Of a DNA stretch of 64,000 nucleotides, positions 23,865 through 37,679 are shown in pieces. A program made the translations under genes and the position numbers. Numbering within the stretch: position 1 is the stretch's first letter; each line of letters starts with the position of its first letter. Source of the stretch: Utricularia gibba (Eukaryota; Plantae; Magnoliophyta); the NCBI GenBank assembly GCA_002189035.1, contig CM007990.1, forward strand, positions 4,464,001 through 4,528,000, given 5' to 3'. Under the pieces are notes generated by a model. The model did not search any database. It had not been told where the DNA came from and was given only the letters and a program-made list of their open reading frames with translations.

Positions 23865-24749
23865 TAACAACAAAACTTCAATTTTTGCTGATAAAGCCAC
23901 ATGAACCCTTGCTGTCACCCTGCATCACAAGCCATCATCATTATTCAGTCACCTCACACAGATAGTCTCGCCAAACAAACACATTAAACAGGAAGGCACC
24001 GTAAAGTTGATTTCTTGGTACCAAACTAACTCCACCCATGGACAAAAACTAACACCAAAAACCCAACACGAATATACGTCTCAAAAGGGAATCAGGTGTA
24101 AAAAAAAATCGCAACCCAAGTAGTGAAAAGAATACATTTACATATCAAAACGTAAATAAAACAAAACACACCTTATCAAATCAGTGAGCGAACATCCAGC
24201 AGAAGACTGAATCGCGAACCGTAGGGTGACTTTATTGGAATGAGCAATAGAGAGGAATACAACGAAGTTCAATTAAAAGTAGGGCTTTTGTTTAAAAAAA
24301 AAACCCAAATCATGATTTAGGATATAGTACACATCATTATTTTTTAGTTTATGACTTAAAATAGAAATTAAAATTACTTATTATAGATTACTCTGAATTT
24401 TACTTATTTATAATTTCTCTTCAAATTTTAATTATTTTTAATTTATCTATATTATTTTTTAAAACTTAATTTATTTTATAAGTTACATTTGTCCTATTTA
24501 TCACAACAAGTCATCAATTTTTTCAATAAATGCTACCTACACTATAACTACTTGTTTGAATTCTATTTATCTAATAATTTCTATTTATGAATTAAGTAGA
24601 ATTTATGAAATAAGTCAGACTATATACTTATTAATCAGTAATTTTCAGGTTTTTGTAATGCGACAAAGAAATGTTTTTGGACCATAATATATGTAATATA
24701 GTTAATTCAATTTTCTGAGCATAATATTTATTTATATAAATAAAAAAAC

Positions 24750-26323
24750 CTAAACGGGGACAGGTTTGGCGACTAAGCAAAGCGGAACTTTCTTGTGCAT
24801 TGTGATCCCCACTGCTTCCTCCATATCAATGTCCTCCGCCGTCATCCCCGCCGGAAGTTCCCAATCGAAGCGCAGGGTAAGATTAGCGAGCGCAAGCTCC
24901 ACTACTTGTAACGCGAAGTTGATCCCTGGGCAGATCCTCCTCCCGGTGCCAAACGGCAGATACCCGTAATGCTGTCCTCTGAAGTCGATCTTGTTATCGG
25001 CGAATCTCTCCGGCCAGAATATCTCAGGCTTTTCCCAGAAGTCTGGGTCCATGGACAACGCAGTACCATTGATGATCACCCGCGTTTTCGCTGGGATTAC
25101 CCATTTTTCTCCGATGGAGCATGTCTCAATGGTCTCTCTGGGGACCAACAACGGCGCCGGGGGATGCAGCCTGAGTGATTCTTTGACGACGTGCTTCAGG
25201 TATGTGAGCCTCGGGAGGTCCTTCTCTTCTATCGCCTGTTTCCCGGCTCCGATTTCGCGGACCTCCCGCTGCAGCTTCTCTAGAATTGAAGGATTCCTGA
25301 TGAGTTCAGTCATCGTCCACACGATTGCAGTAGACGAAGTATCAGTTCCCCCAGAAAAAACATCCTGCAAAAGGGGCCTCATCCTTCAAACTTCAGCACA
25401 AGGAAACGCCCACATGAATACAAACAATGAAAACTGACCACGAGGTTTGCCTTGATTTGGTCCATGGTTAGCATGGATGAACCTTCAGATTCCTTCTGGA
25501 TTCGCAGAAGCACATCTACTATGTCCTCTTTGACGCCGGAACCCGGTTTCAGTCTGCTGCGATGCTCTGAGATCACTTGATCAAAGAACGCATGGAACTC
25601 CCTCTTACACGTATCTATCTCCTTATCCTTGCCGGTGATCCTATTGATTACTCCCAGCCACGGAAAGTAATCGGCGATATTGAACTCCGCAGCGAGGCGC
25701 TGCAATTGGTAGATGATTCGTTCGAATTCGGGATCGTTTCCCCGATCGAAAGCCACGCGGCAGATCACCCTGCTGGCCAAACGGAAAGCTAGGGAGCTCA
25801 AGTCGACTGGAGTCGCCGGCGAAGTTCTCCATGCTCGTGCTATTTCCTCAGTCATGGTTTCAATTTCTTGCGCACGAACACTCTCGAAGGACTCCACTCT
25901 TCTCACACTCAACAGCTCAAGAACTGCGATTTTCCTGATCTCGCGCCAGTACTCGCCGTAGGGAGCAAACGTGATGTCCAAGTGTTCTACCAGCCTTTCG
26001 GCTGCATACAGCGAGGGCCTGCCGGAGAAAGCAATATCATGGTTCTTGAATATTTCTTGAGCCATCTTTGCCGACGACACAATTAAAGTCGGCACGGAAC
26101 CCAGCCGCAACAACATGAGATCACCATATTTACTTGAGAGCTTGAGCAGAGTCTTGTGAGGTGCTTTTGCTCCCAGCTGGTGGAGGTTTCCGATAAACGG
26201 GAGCCGCGGCGGAGATGGCGGAACTTTAAGACCATCCTCTCTGCTTTGTTTTCTCAAGAAGATGAACACAACCAGGGGTGCGATGAAGGTGAAGAAGACG
26301 GAGATGATACTCAGGGGAACCAT
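24750..26323 (-). CDS. Cytochrome P450, CYP71 clan (71A9/71AP-like), copy 1; exons 26323-25439, 25364-24750; 499 aa, intact
   Basis: PPSPPRLPFIGNLHQL, I-helix GGTDT, ESLRLHPPAPLL (ExxR), PERF, heme FGTGRRICPG, and a single phase-0 intron. Confidence 0.95.
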
Positions 26324-27920
26324 GTTTGGTCTTCCACTGATCTAAGTGAGGGACTCACTTCAGTTCTATTTACCATAGGAAATAAAATGAAAGTGATGTC
26401 ATTAATTTTAGTAAAGTGTGAATCACAATTAATTGAATTTTTTCGAATCTAATTTATATTTAACGTGCATTTTTTTATCATAATAAAATAAATTTTAATC
26501 AAACAAAAAAATTAATTAGACTTGAAATCAAATATAAGCACAAATAATTACTTATCAAAAAATTAAAAATAATATAATTAATTATATAATATATTAATAA
26601 TTAATTAAATTTAATCTTTTCAAATACGATTACACATTATAAATTCCATACTCAAGTTATTCAATGAATTGGATAAATACACATGAAATCTAAATATATA
26701 AAAAAAAACGTAAATCATTTTAAAAAAATTAAATTCAATAATTATAAATAATTTGAAATTTTTTGTATATATTTAATTATTTTATTTTAATTTCTTGATG
26801 CCAAATTATAGGTTCTTATAATGAAATCTCAATCTCAATCTCAATCATTCATAAATTTTATCTGGGTTGAGAAATTAGATTTTGATACATTTATTACGCA
26901 TTTCCAGGTATAAATTCCTTTTCTTCAGAATAGGTACACAAACCGGCTTCGTCCGTGGTGATGGAGAGATCCGTACTGTTCGAACCGGTTTTGTCATCCC
27001 GAAAGCCGCCGTTCTGGAATTCTTCCACAACTTTAGCCGAAATTCAACGTATATCGCTATCTTGCGCAGGGACGGGAGTTTTCAAATAATCCCGGACTCC
27101 ATTCACATCAAGGTTTGGTCCAGCGTCACGTTCAAAAATCAAGTCTATGATTTGGTTTTGGTCCCATTGATCGACCCGCACATTCTTCTAGAGTTCCAGA
27201 TCATAGAACATTAATTCAACAAGATAGGGGTGGGCCAATCTGATTAAGCGAAAATCAAACTGATTAGAATTAATTACTATCGTTGACGAAGACATTTTTG
27301 AATCTATCATTTTAGTCGTGATATGGTCCACAAGAATTCAATTTTGATGATCTGATCCCGTGATATCTAAACATATAGTTACCTTTGAAAATCACTATAA
27401 TCGTATCAAAATTAATTCTCATTTTAAATATATATTTAATTTTTCTATGATAATTAATTCAATTTTACGAGAATTATGTTTTGAAAATTAAATTTATCAT
27501 TCTATCTATTGTTTAATTATTATTTTTCAAATAAATACTAAATTTAAATACATTATTGAAATAATTTAATTTGTGAATTATAATTTTAATACTAATCTAT
27601 TTAAATAATAATAATATGAAAAACATAATTTAAAAATTATATAATACAGAATATATAGATATATTTTAATTTATAAATTTATAAAATATAATTAATTTGA
27701 TAAATATAGTCAAAGATATGTTTCTGAATAAAAATTGCGTTTTAATTTTTATTTTAAAAATATAATTCAATTATATAATAATTGTTTTAAAAATAATTTC
27801 AAATATATATTCATTATTAGGATTGATTTTTCTAAACTATAGTAAGCGCATGCTGTCCCAACAGAAAGCCAAGTGTCTATATTATATGGAAAAGTCTCAT
27901 CCAAAGTAGAGGGGAGAATC

Positions 27921-29465
27921 ATGATCTTGAATAGTTTCATCTTCGTCTTCTTCTTCTTCATCACGCCGCTGTATTTTTTGCTCTTCTTTTTGAGAAAAAA
28001 CAATGGTTTCGATAAAAGCTTGCCGTCTCCGCCGAAGCTCCCAATCATCGGAAATCTGCACCAATTGGGAGCGAAATCGCCGCACAGAGGATTACTCTGT
28101 CTTTCAAGAAAATATGGCGATCTCATGTTCCTCCAACTGGGTTCTGTGCCTACTTTAGTCGTTTCTTCGGCTAAAATGGTTCAGGAGATATTCAAGAACC
28201 ATGATCTTACTTTTTCTAGCAGGCCCTCGACGTATGCGATAGAGAAGATGACAAACAATTACAACATTTCAGCAGCGCCCTATGGCGAGTACTGGCGGGA
28301 TGCCAGGAAAGTCGTGGTTTTGGAGCTCTTGACTGTGAGAAAGGTGGAGTCTTTCGAGCGTGTTCGTGTGGAGGAAGTTGGGTTCATGATGGATGAAATA
28401 GCAAAAGCTTCTAATTCAGAAGTTAACTTGAGCTCCCTGGCGTTCCGACTAGCAAACACACTGATTTCTCGGGTGGCTTTCGGCCGGAGAAGCGACCCCG
28501 AATTTGATGGAATCATGAAGAAGGTGCATACTTTGTCGTCGGAGTTCAACATTTCTAATTACTTCCCATTTTTGCGTTGTCTGAATAAGATCAATGGAGT
28601 GGACAAAAGGATTGATCAGTGTAACAAAGAGCTTGATCTGTTCATGGATCGGGTGTATTCCGAGCATCGTAGCAGATCGAAGCTTGATTCTGATTGGGAC
28701 ATCGTAGATGTGTTGCTTGGAAATCACAAGGAGCCTCACCGTTCATCCAACCTCACTCTGGAACAAATCAGGGCAGTCCTCCTGGTAAACAATTCTACAT
28801 TGTTGTTGTGATACCTTGTGCTTTCATTACAAGAGCGCTGTCTGTACGCAGGATTTGTTCTTTGCTGCAACTGATACTTCATCTGCTACAATCGAGTGGA
28901 CAATGGCTGAGCTCGTGCGAAATCCTGAAACATTAGACAAACTCCGGCAAGAAGTTCGTGAAATCGGAGCTGGAAAACAAGCAATACAAGAGGAGGACCT
29001 GCCAAAGCTCACCTACCTCAAGCTTGTAATCAAAGAATCACTCAGACTTCATCCACCAGCGCCATTGCTGCTACCTAGAGAGGTCACTGAGACCTGCTCC
29101 ATTGGTGGAAAGTGGGTAATACCAGAGAAAACAAGGGTGATCATCAACGCGACGGCATTGTCAATGAACCCTGAGTACTGGAAAAGACCTGAGATATTTT
29201 GGCCAGAGAGATTTGCTGATAGCAGGATTGATTACAGGGGACAGCACTTTGGGTATCTACCCTTTGGGGTTGGAAGAAGGAGCTGCCCGGAACCAACTTT
29301 GCCATGCAGCTAGTGGAGCTGGCAGTGGCTAATCTTGTTTTCCGATATGACTGGGAGCCACCGGTGGGGACAAAGCCTGAGGAAATCGATATGGAGGAGG
29401 AATTTGGGATTGTGATGCACAAAAAGGCTCCCCTCTGTCTAGTAGCTAAACCTGTACTTGTCTAG
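27921..29465 (+). CDS. Cytochrome P450, CYP71 clan, copy 2; exons 27921-28784, 28852-29465; 1-bp frameshift at 29289-29290
   Basis: PSPPKLPIIGNLHQL, AATDT, ESLRLHPP, PERF and FGVGRRSCP(G). Exon 2 is 614 nt versus 615 nt in copy 1; adding one G restores CPGTNFAMQLVELAVANL...KPVLV*. Confidence 0.92.
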
Positions 29466-29604
29466 GGGTCACATTATACTTGCTGAGTCTTGTGAATGAA
29501 CGTTCGCAAAACGCAAGCCTTGACCTCCTTTGTATGCTTGAAACCTATTAGAATCAAACCAAGCACAAAAGAAGTACTAACTTTGACGTTTACTGCAATT
29601 TATA

Positions 29605-29801
29605 CATCAACCAGAGCATCAGCACAATCTGGGAATCCCATAAGCATAATAGCAAGGATTCCTTAAAGTATGCATCAACCAGAGCAACAGCACAATCTGA
29701 GAATCCCATAAGCATAATAGCAAGGATCCTTAAAGTATGCATCAACCAGAGGATCAGCACAATCTGAGAATCCCATAAGTATAATAGCAAGGGTCCTTAA
29801 A
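29605..29801. repeat. Three-copy tandem repeat, 67-68-bp unit
   Basis: CATCAACCAGAG..CAGCACAATCTG.GAATCCCATAAG.ATAATAGCAAGG..CCTTAAA starts at 29605, 29673 and 29740. Confidence 0.93.
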
Positions 29802-31158
29802 TTATCAAGCTACATTTCAATGCTGGATCTTATCCAACCAAGGAGAAAGTTCATCGCATATTATTGTCAGTGTCTAACGTACCGAGGCCTGGGTTGGGTT
29901 CTCTGGGGTAACCGGCTCCACTCTACTCTGTCTCTCAGGAAACGCTTCACGATTTCTCCATTCACATATGGCTCAGATGCAACAATGAGGGAATTTAGAA
30001 ATCTGCAAATCATGCGCTGACATCAACCCATTTCATCGCTTCTAATCTTCATCAACCAGAAAGGCTCCCTCCCCTTCTTGACTAAAATGATGGAAGGTTG
30101 CTTTCAAAGAAACCGTTCCAACTATGCAACACATCAACTCATTCTCTATCAAACCAGATGAAAAAAGCAACCAGATTTTGAAATGAAAGCAAAGATGGCT
30201 GCTTTTGAAGAATCCCTCTGTCAAAACTGAGAGAGAACAAACACCAAATTCGAAATGAAATGGCAATCAAAATGCGTTTAATCCATATTCCATCCACAAG
30301 TTGGGGGTGAAAAGCCGCAACCTACCTAGTTCCTCCAAAAAAAATTTTTACAACCTATTTTTATTTTTAAAAAAGTAAAAATAATTTTAATCCAGAATAT
30401 CAATTATTTTTACTTTTATTTTTATTAAAAATACTTTTGGTATTACACTTCAAAAATAGTTTTTGAAAAAATAAAGATGAGTTACTTTTGTATTCTATTT
30501 CTATTTTTCAACATAAATCCATAAAAAATTTTACACTTTTCTAGAACACCCATTTTTACTTCTATTTTTATTAAATATTTTTATTTTTAATTTTTACTTT
30601 TTCAAAAATAAAAATAAGTTCTAAAAATTTTCTAGAAGATAACTTAAATTTCACTTTAATGCGTGTTTGGAGTTTTTTTATTGAAGCCCATATCGGGGGC
30701 AAAGAGGCCTTTAATTTCACTGCTGTGGCCCAAGTCGGAGCCCGTCACCAAACACTGGCAGTCGTAGCGCGCAGAGGAACCCTAATTTTTCGTAATTCTC
30801 CCTCCATTTTCTTCTCCCCGAAGGCTTCTCGTTATTTCGCAGGCGCATCACGAAGAGCTTGTCGAATAGGCTAGAAAAAGGAAGAAAGAAGAGCAGTTCC
30901 TGGTGGAATTTCGCTACGATTCCTGAAGCCCTTCCTCCTGTAGGTAAATTTTGTATTTCCGTTGAATCATCGACTGAATAGTTTGACGTTAGCTCCCTTT
31001 CTGTAATCTATTGATTCATCGAATTGAACAAATACATGTAAAATTATTTTATATTCATGTTTGAGTTTTTGTTTTTTTCATTGGTGTGACTGAAATTGCT
31101 CTAATCTCTGAAAATTTTCTTGCTCCCCAATAGCTGCTCCGTTGGTACCGGAGACTGC

Positions 31159-34100
31159 ATGATAATGATTGCAGAATCTTACGCTATAAGTCACAATGCA
31201 TCTGATGTTTTTTTGGCTGACGGTTCCACCGCTGAACCTCCTCAGAACATAGCTGGCTCCGCTAGCGAGAGCTTTTTCAATACAACACCAAACTGAAGAT
31301 GATTCAGGGGTTTCTGCTTCAAATGTCAGCAGTGCAGACCATGCTGCAGTGTATCCTGACGAGCAGCGCATGGTTAATTCCTATGGTGTTAATGAAAATC
31401 TTGCTGTTCTTGCCAATTTTTCTCTAGAATCATCTCATGTGGAGGGCTATGACCCAGGCCTGAACAATAATGCCACTACTTTGCAAGCGAATGAAGCTAG
31501 TGCAGCAGAGAATGGAGTTGCATCTTCTGATCGCACAGGTTCTGCTGCGATGCATCAGCCATTGGATGAATCTGGTACACATAAAGTTGATTCTAGTCTG
31601 TTATTTTTTTTTTATCTCATTACAGTGGTTTATATTCTTTAAAAAAATCTTCTTTATTGTTGAACACATTGGGCATTTGCTTTGTCTATTTTTTTGATAA
31701 TATGTACCATGGATATGTGCGAAGAGGTGATCTTGCATTATTCACAGGTCTTTCAGCAGAGGAAGAAAGATTATGGAGTGTTGTCACGGCAAATTCACTT
31801 GAATTTGGTGCCTGGACTGCTTTAATTGAAGAAACTGAGAGAACGTCTGAGGTACCCTTACCAATTTTCATATGTTTGTTTTCATTTATCGTTTGGCTTA
31901 TGTCGTTCCTCTGCTTCCAAACTGACTTGTTAATTTTTCCCACTTAAAGGGGAATATATCGAAAATCCGGAAGGTTTATGATGCTTTCTTAGTGGAGTTT
32001 CCACTGTGCTATGGATACTGGAAAAAGTACGCTGATCATGAGGCGCGGCTCAGCTCACCAGATTGTGTTGCTGAGGTTTATGAACGAGCTGTTCATGGGT
32101 TACTTACTCTGTTGATATGTGGCTACACTATTGTGCCTTTGCAATTTCTTCTTATGGAGATCCTGAGGCGATAAGAAGGTAAATGTTGCTTTTATCTGTT
32201 CACCTAGTTATCTTCATCGTTCTGGGTGCTTTTCTAAATTCAACTTTCTTTATTTCCTCGGATTTCGAGTCTTGATGCCTCGGTGACTTGTCTTAGAATG
32301 TGGAAAAGGTTTCATCAGCTACTCACCCAACCCCTCATTTAACATATCTGCGCATTAGGATTAGAAATATGCTCTTGAATGAGGTGTTGTCAACGTGGTG
32401 GTCTAATTCTCAGTGCTTCTATGAAGCTGTTGTAGCATACTCCTCCTCTGAGAAGCTGTATAAGATGTCACAGAAGGTGGTAATGATTCAGCTGGAATTC
32501 CCGAGTCTTCCTTTTGCGTTTGTTTTCAACTTTCATAGTATCCACTTTTCATAAATGGTTGATGCAATGAGGTCCTGACCAAAGCTTTATTTGTTTCAGG
32601 CTATTTGAAAGAGCATTAGCATACGTTGGCTCTGATTATTTATGCTTTCCTATCTGGGACAAATACATTGAATATGAAATTTCCCTTCAAGCCTGGAATC
32701 GTGTTGCTGCAATCTACACAAGGGTATTAGAAGTTCCAAATCAACAGCTGGATCGTTTTTTTGAAGGGTAATATATTAGAAGAGTTCATTTGTCCATGTT
32801 TCTTTGTTCTTCTTTATCCATTTTGATGTTTTTTGGTGAATTCAGCCTAACATAATATATTGGTCCTCTTTGGCTGGTGAACGATAAACATTCCCCTAAT
32901 GTGGTCCTCATTACTCATTTCTTTTTGGATTATTTTAGCTCATTCTCTTAGGTTTCCTGCGATTTCACACCTTATATGAAGTTGAAAAAATGTTTTTCCA
33001 TGATGGAGTTATATTTTTCTGATTATTCTGTTACAGATTCAGGGAACTGGTTGCTAGTCGGCCTCTTTCAGATTTGCAAACGCCTGAGGAAGCTTTGGCT
33101 GCATCTGATGTGATTAGTGAAGGTGTTAATAACAAGGATGCGACCCCTCCTGATGCCATCGAGCAATCATCCAAAGCTGCAAATGAAAGCTTAAAAGATT
33201 CTGAGGAGTTGGAGAAGTATATCGCCATTAGAGAAGAGATATACAAAAAGGCTAAGGATTCTGATTCGAAGATTTTTGGTTTTGAAACAGCTATTAGGAG
33301 ACCCTATTTCCATGTGCGCCCTCTCAATGTCTCTGAGCTCGAAAATTGGCATAATTATCTTGATTATGTCGAAAGTGGAGGTGACTTCAATAAGGTACCC
33401 GGGTTGTTTTTTAAAGAGATTTCCGTTGTTTCTAATCACATGGCTTTAGACGCCTTTGCTATGCACTGATTTACAGTTAAGTAATATCTGCCACGTCATT
33501 TGCTTTATTGGCTAAACCATTGGAGAAGATGTTTTAAAACGGGGTATTGAACTTGGACTAAAGCATGGACCTTCCATTTGCTTTATATGAGGCTAAGTAC
33601 TTAAATCTCTCATTTTTTGAGTAGATTTCTGGGCTCCAAATGTCTACTATGGTTTATAGCTCCAATGTTATGCATGCAGGTGTGTTCTTATCTTCCTAAC
33701 CATCTGTCTATCAGGCAAGGAGAGCCCCTCAAATATAGGGGCCCTCCTGTTCCGCCAGCGGCGTACCTTGTTAAAATAATTCTCTTAATACATTAATTCT
33801 TCCTTGCAATAGCAAAAAGAAAAATTGAATTTGTTAACCAATGGGGTCTTCTGGCCTTGCAGATTGTGAAGCTGTATGAAAGGTGTCTAATAGCATGTGC
33901 AAACTATCCTGAGTATTGGATACGCTATATTTTGTGCATGGAAGCATCTGGAAGTATGGAGCTGGCAGAAAATGCACTGGCTCGTGCCACCCAAGTGTTT
34001 GTCAAGGTTAGTGCTCTATTTTTGTTCATAATCCATCTCCGGTATTGATGTTAAATTTCTTGGAAATTGCCAACTTCATTAGTTTCTCAAACCCTTCCTT

Positions 34101-36254
34101 TATTATTTAATGATATGAGAATCAGCATGCCGTTATGTAACTGCCACAGGTCCATGTATGTGATTTCCTGTTTTTATTTGTTTCATGAACAGAGGCAACC
34201 GGAAATCCATCTCTTTGCTGCACGTTTTAAGGAGCAGCATGGTGACATATCTGGAGCGCGGGCATCCTATCAACTTGTGCACACTGAGATTTCCCCGGGG
34301 CTTCTGGAAGCAATCGTCAAGCATGCAAACATGGAAAAGCGCCTTGTAAAATTGCTTGAGTCAAGCTGCTTTATTTTTTTTTAGGGATGATTTTCATGTA
34401 TAACTAGGTCTCGTCTTTTAACTGCCCAGGGAAAGCTTGAGGATGCGTTTTCTTTTTATGAGCAAGCACTTGTAATTGAGAAAGGGAAAGAACACTCACA
34501 GACATTGCCCATGTTGTATGCTCAGTATGCACGTTTTGTGTATTTGGTATGTGTTGTCCATAACAATGATGCCTTTATTTTTGGTATTTCCTACTTCCTG
34601 TCATATGGACTCAGACTTTCTGATATCTAACTTCTGCTCTCTTTGAAGGTTTCTGGAAATATTGAAAAGGCTAGGGAGATTCTTGTGCAAGGTGTTGATA
34701 GTGCACAGTTATCCAAACCTCTTTTAGAGGTTTGTATCTGCTCTCTTTTAAGCTTTTTTTGTCGCTGCTTCCTACTTCTATTTGGTATAGAAATGTTGTC
34801 TACTTGATTAATTCATCCCTTTCTTTCCGTATGTTAAAAGAAACAGATTTGGGAATATTCTTTGCGTTGGATGCTCTTTATCCTCCCCAAAATGATGACT
34901 CTGTTGTCTTGGGAAGCGTTGACACTGTCAAGTGGCAATGCTTCTTATGCCTTGAGTTACTTTCTGTTAATATTTCAGTGTTGTCGTTTTTAGGCAATGA
35001 TTCACTTGGAGTCTATTCATTCACAATCAAAACCAGTGGAGTATTTAGATTCATTGGTCGACAAATTCTTGGCTTCAAGTTCTGAAAACTTTCAAAGTGC
35101 ATGTAATGAGGAGAAAGAAGAGCTATCAAGTATTTTCTTAGAGGTAATTGCCATAAAGCATCTATTCTACATTCTTATGACCCCTGAGTTGAACTATTGA
35201 TTGGCTTTGGCAGAATCTGCATCTTGTAGCCAGGCTTTCAGTCATCATCATTGAATTCCTTTGATCTCTAGTAATGGGGATTAGATTCTCTTTCTTGCAT
35301 ATCTTTCTTTGATGTGCGTCATTTAGCTCTGTGTCTTGAATTTTTGTGTGTATCTTGTTCTCTAGCCTTCATTGTTGTTCAATATGTCCTTGGTATGCAC
35401 TTCCTTTTTTTATGTCGAGTTATGTGATGTTTACATGACCGGCTCTCATGATAAACATGGTTTTCTTACAACCTGCAAATTTTGGAGCTGCAGTTCTTGG
35501 ATCTCTTTGGAGATTCTAAGCTCATTAAAAAGGCTGACAACCGACATGCAAAACTTTTCTTGCGCCACAAAAGCACATCAGGGTCAAAGAAGCGACTTGC
35601 AGAGGATACTTTATTTTCTGATAGAAGTAAATACGCAAAATCTCATACCCCAGTCTCTGGTTCTTCAGCTGTGGGCTCATATGCCGCTACCCAAAACCAA
35701 TGGTCTGCGGGTTATGCTGTACAACCTCAGGTTTGGCCTCAGGCTCAGCAGTGGACTCCAGGCTATCCCCAACAGGTTTTGTTTTACCCCTATTGCATGT
35801 CCTTACTTTCAGTCATTATTTGATGTCAGTAACTTCATCATCCATGTTCACGTCCTATATCAAAATGGTTCCCATATTGACTCTCTTAAAAGGAATGTCC
35901 ACGTATGAGTTTGTTGCATTTTTTTCCCTGTAAGGCGGCCTATGGTGCATATGGAGCAAGTTATGTCCAACCCCAAATGCAGGCATATGTTCCCCCAAGT
36001 GCCGGTGCTTACGGAACCTATCCTCCCACTTATCCATCCCAGGTTACATAAACTCGTGTTTGAGTAGGTTCTGATTGCCAGTAGGACATGATATTTTTTT
36101 TCATGCATAATTTTAGTTTACATCATTAACGTTTTTTTTTTAACAGGCGTTTCCTCAACAAGTTTATGCACAGTCTGCAAGTGCTACAACGTTCAGTTCA
36201 GCTCCGCAGCCTGGTGCTGCCACGGCCCCATCGTACTATACCGGTTACTATTGA
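31159..36254 (+). CDS. PRP39: Pre-mRNA-processing factor 39 (HAT-repeat U1 snRNP protein), multi-exon; start codon uncertain; frameshift at 32097-32099 and possibly 31273-31277
   Basis: [84 protein letters not shown] and a Q/Y/P-rich tail ending YYTGYY*. A non-coding first exon donor lies near 30944. Confidence 0.93.
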
Positions 36255-36602
36255 GTAGGGCTATCTTTTGTTCAAGATATGCATCCTGTGAGATCCAAAG
36301 GTTTAGATGTAGATGGTATCAGCGTGCCTATGAATAGGTCCTGATTAGACCTTAAGGTTGCGGATATTGTAGCTTGGATGGTGTTGCATTCACATGAGGA
36401 TAATGTTTCTGACTTGTGTGCTGTGTAACCTATAAATTGGTCATGCTGAGAAACTAGATTGATTGAAGACTAGAAACTGCCCATGTTTCCCTTCAACAAA
36501 CTGCTGTAGTTCTTTTATTGACATTGCGAAAGTAAATATCATTATGCTTCTGAGCTCGTCACACAGTTCATATGCACACTACACTGTTGGTATACTTTCA
36601 CT

Positions 36603-37679
36603 CTAAGTGCTTGCAGCCTGCAATCCACAGTAGGAGTGGAAGCCAGAGTGTGCGAGCTGAGGACTATCCACCACTGGTTCTTTGATCTCGTCATCCTAAC
36701 TCACATTCCACAGGAAACTGGCGTACGCTGCATGTAAATGGCTGCAAAAGGCTTCACATATTCAGACCACTTACAGGTATTATAAGGTCACTTCCACTGA
36801 GCTTTAGTTAGATTGAAAAACCTGTCTTCCGGTGAAGCTCTCACAGATTTTTCGAAGTAACGATTTGCTTTTTCCTGATCATGGTGCAAAGCCCATATGA
36901 GTTTAGCGTATTGCGACAGTGCGTCCCCGTCTTCTGGATTCGCGAGGGTCGCCCGCAATGAGTACTCTTCTGCTCTCCTGAGGTCACCCTTTACCTGTTC
37001 CATTTGATCTTGGATTCAGCACATATCTGAAAATATTGGAAATGATAATCCACGGAACTAACCTGATGCAGAAAGCTAGCATAGTTTTGCAGTGCCAGCG
37101 GATTCTTGGGATCCTCCTCCAGCAGTCTCCTGTAATGATCCTCCAGGTCATTGCTTTTATCATCATCGCTCTCCTGATTGAATTTCCAGTGGCTTCTTCC
37201 TCCACTGCGGCCGCCACTTCCACCATCGTCAACGAAACTGCCTGCGCCAAGCCCCATCGCCAGATACATTCTTCCTTCAACGTCCGAGCTATCATTCTCA
37301 TTCTTCAGCCCAGTTTCCCCTACCGAAGCCGAGGTAATCGGTCGCTGGAACCAGTCTTGAGCCTCTTCTTCTTCATTAGGAATGGAAGGTATTGCCTCCA
37401 GAGCCCCCCCTCCATGCTTTCCAGCATATGAAGCATCAGCCAACTGATCCAAGTTCCCCTCAGACTGAACCCGCCGGAATCCGCCACACCCCCCGTGCGT
37501 TTCGATCACAGACGGTGACCGGAAGGGTCTGTGCGAAGCGTGTGCCCCCCTGACCTGGAGTGCCAAATCTGGCCATGAACCGGACTCGGTGTGTGTAGGA
37601 GTAGCTCCGTCGTGGAGCCGTCGGTGAGGGATGGAATAAGAGAGTTCAGTAGCGGCGTCGATGAGCTCCTTAGCATCAT
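36603..37679 (-). CDS. TPR-like superfamily protein (MLRSSSTP N-terminus); exons 37679-37063, 36994-36822, 36741-36696 (or to 36603); frameshift in C-run 37545-37550
   Basis: MMLRSSSTPLL, FRRVQSEGNL, MYLAMGLG, YRRLLEEDPKNPLALQNYASFL, AEEYSLRATLANPEDGDALSQYAKLIW and HAAYASFLW. Confidence 0.85.

Noticed and set aside
29590-29801. CRISPR-like array or protein-coding repeat
   Set aside because: Eukaryotic context, contiguous tandem units with no unique spacers, and the overlapping ORF is only a product of the repeat.
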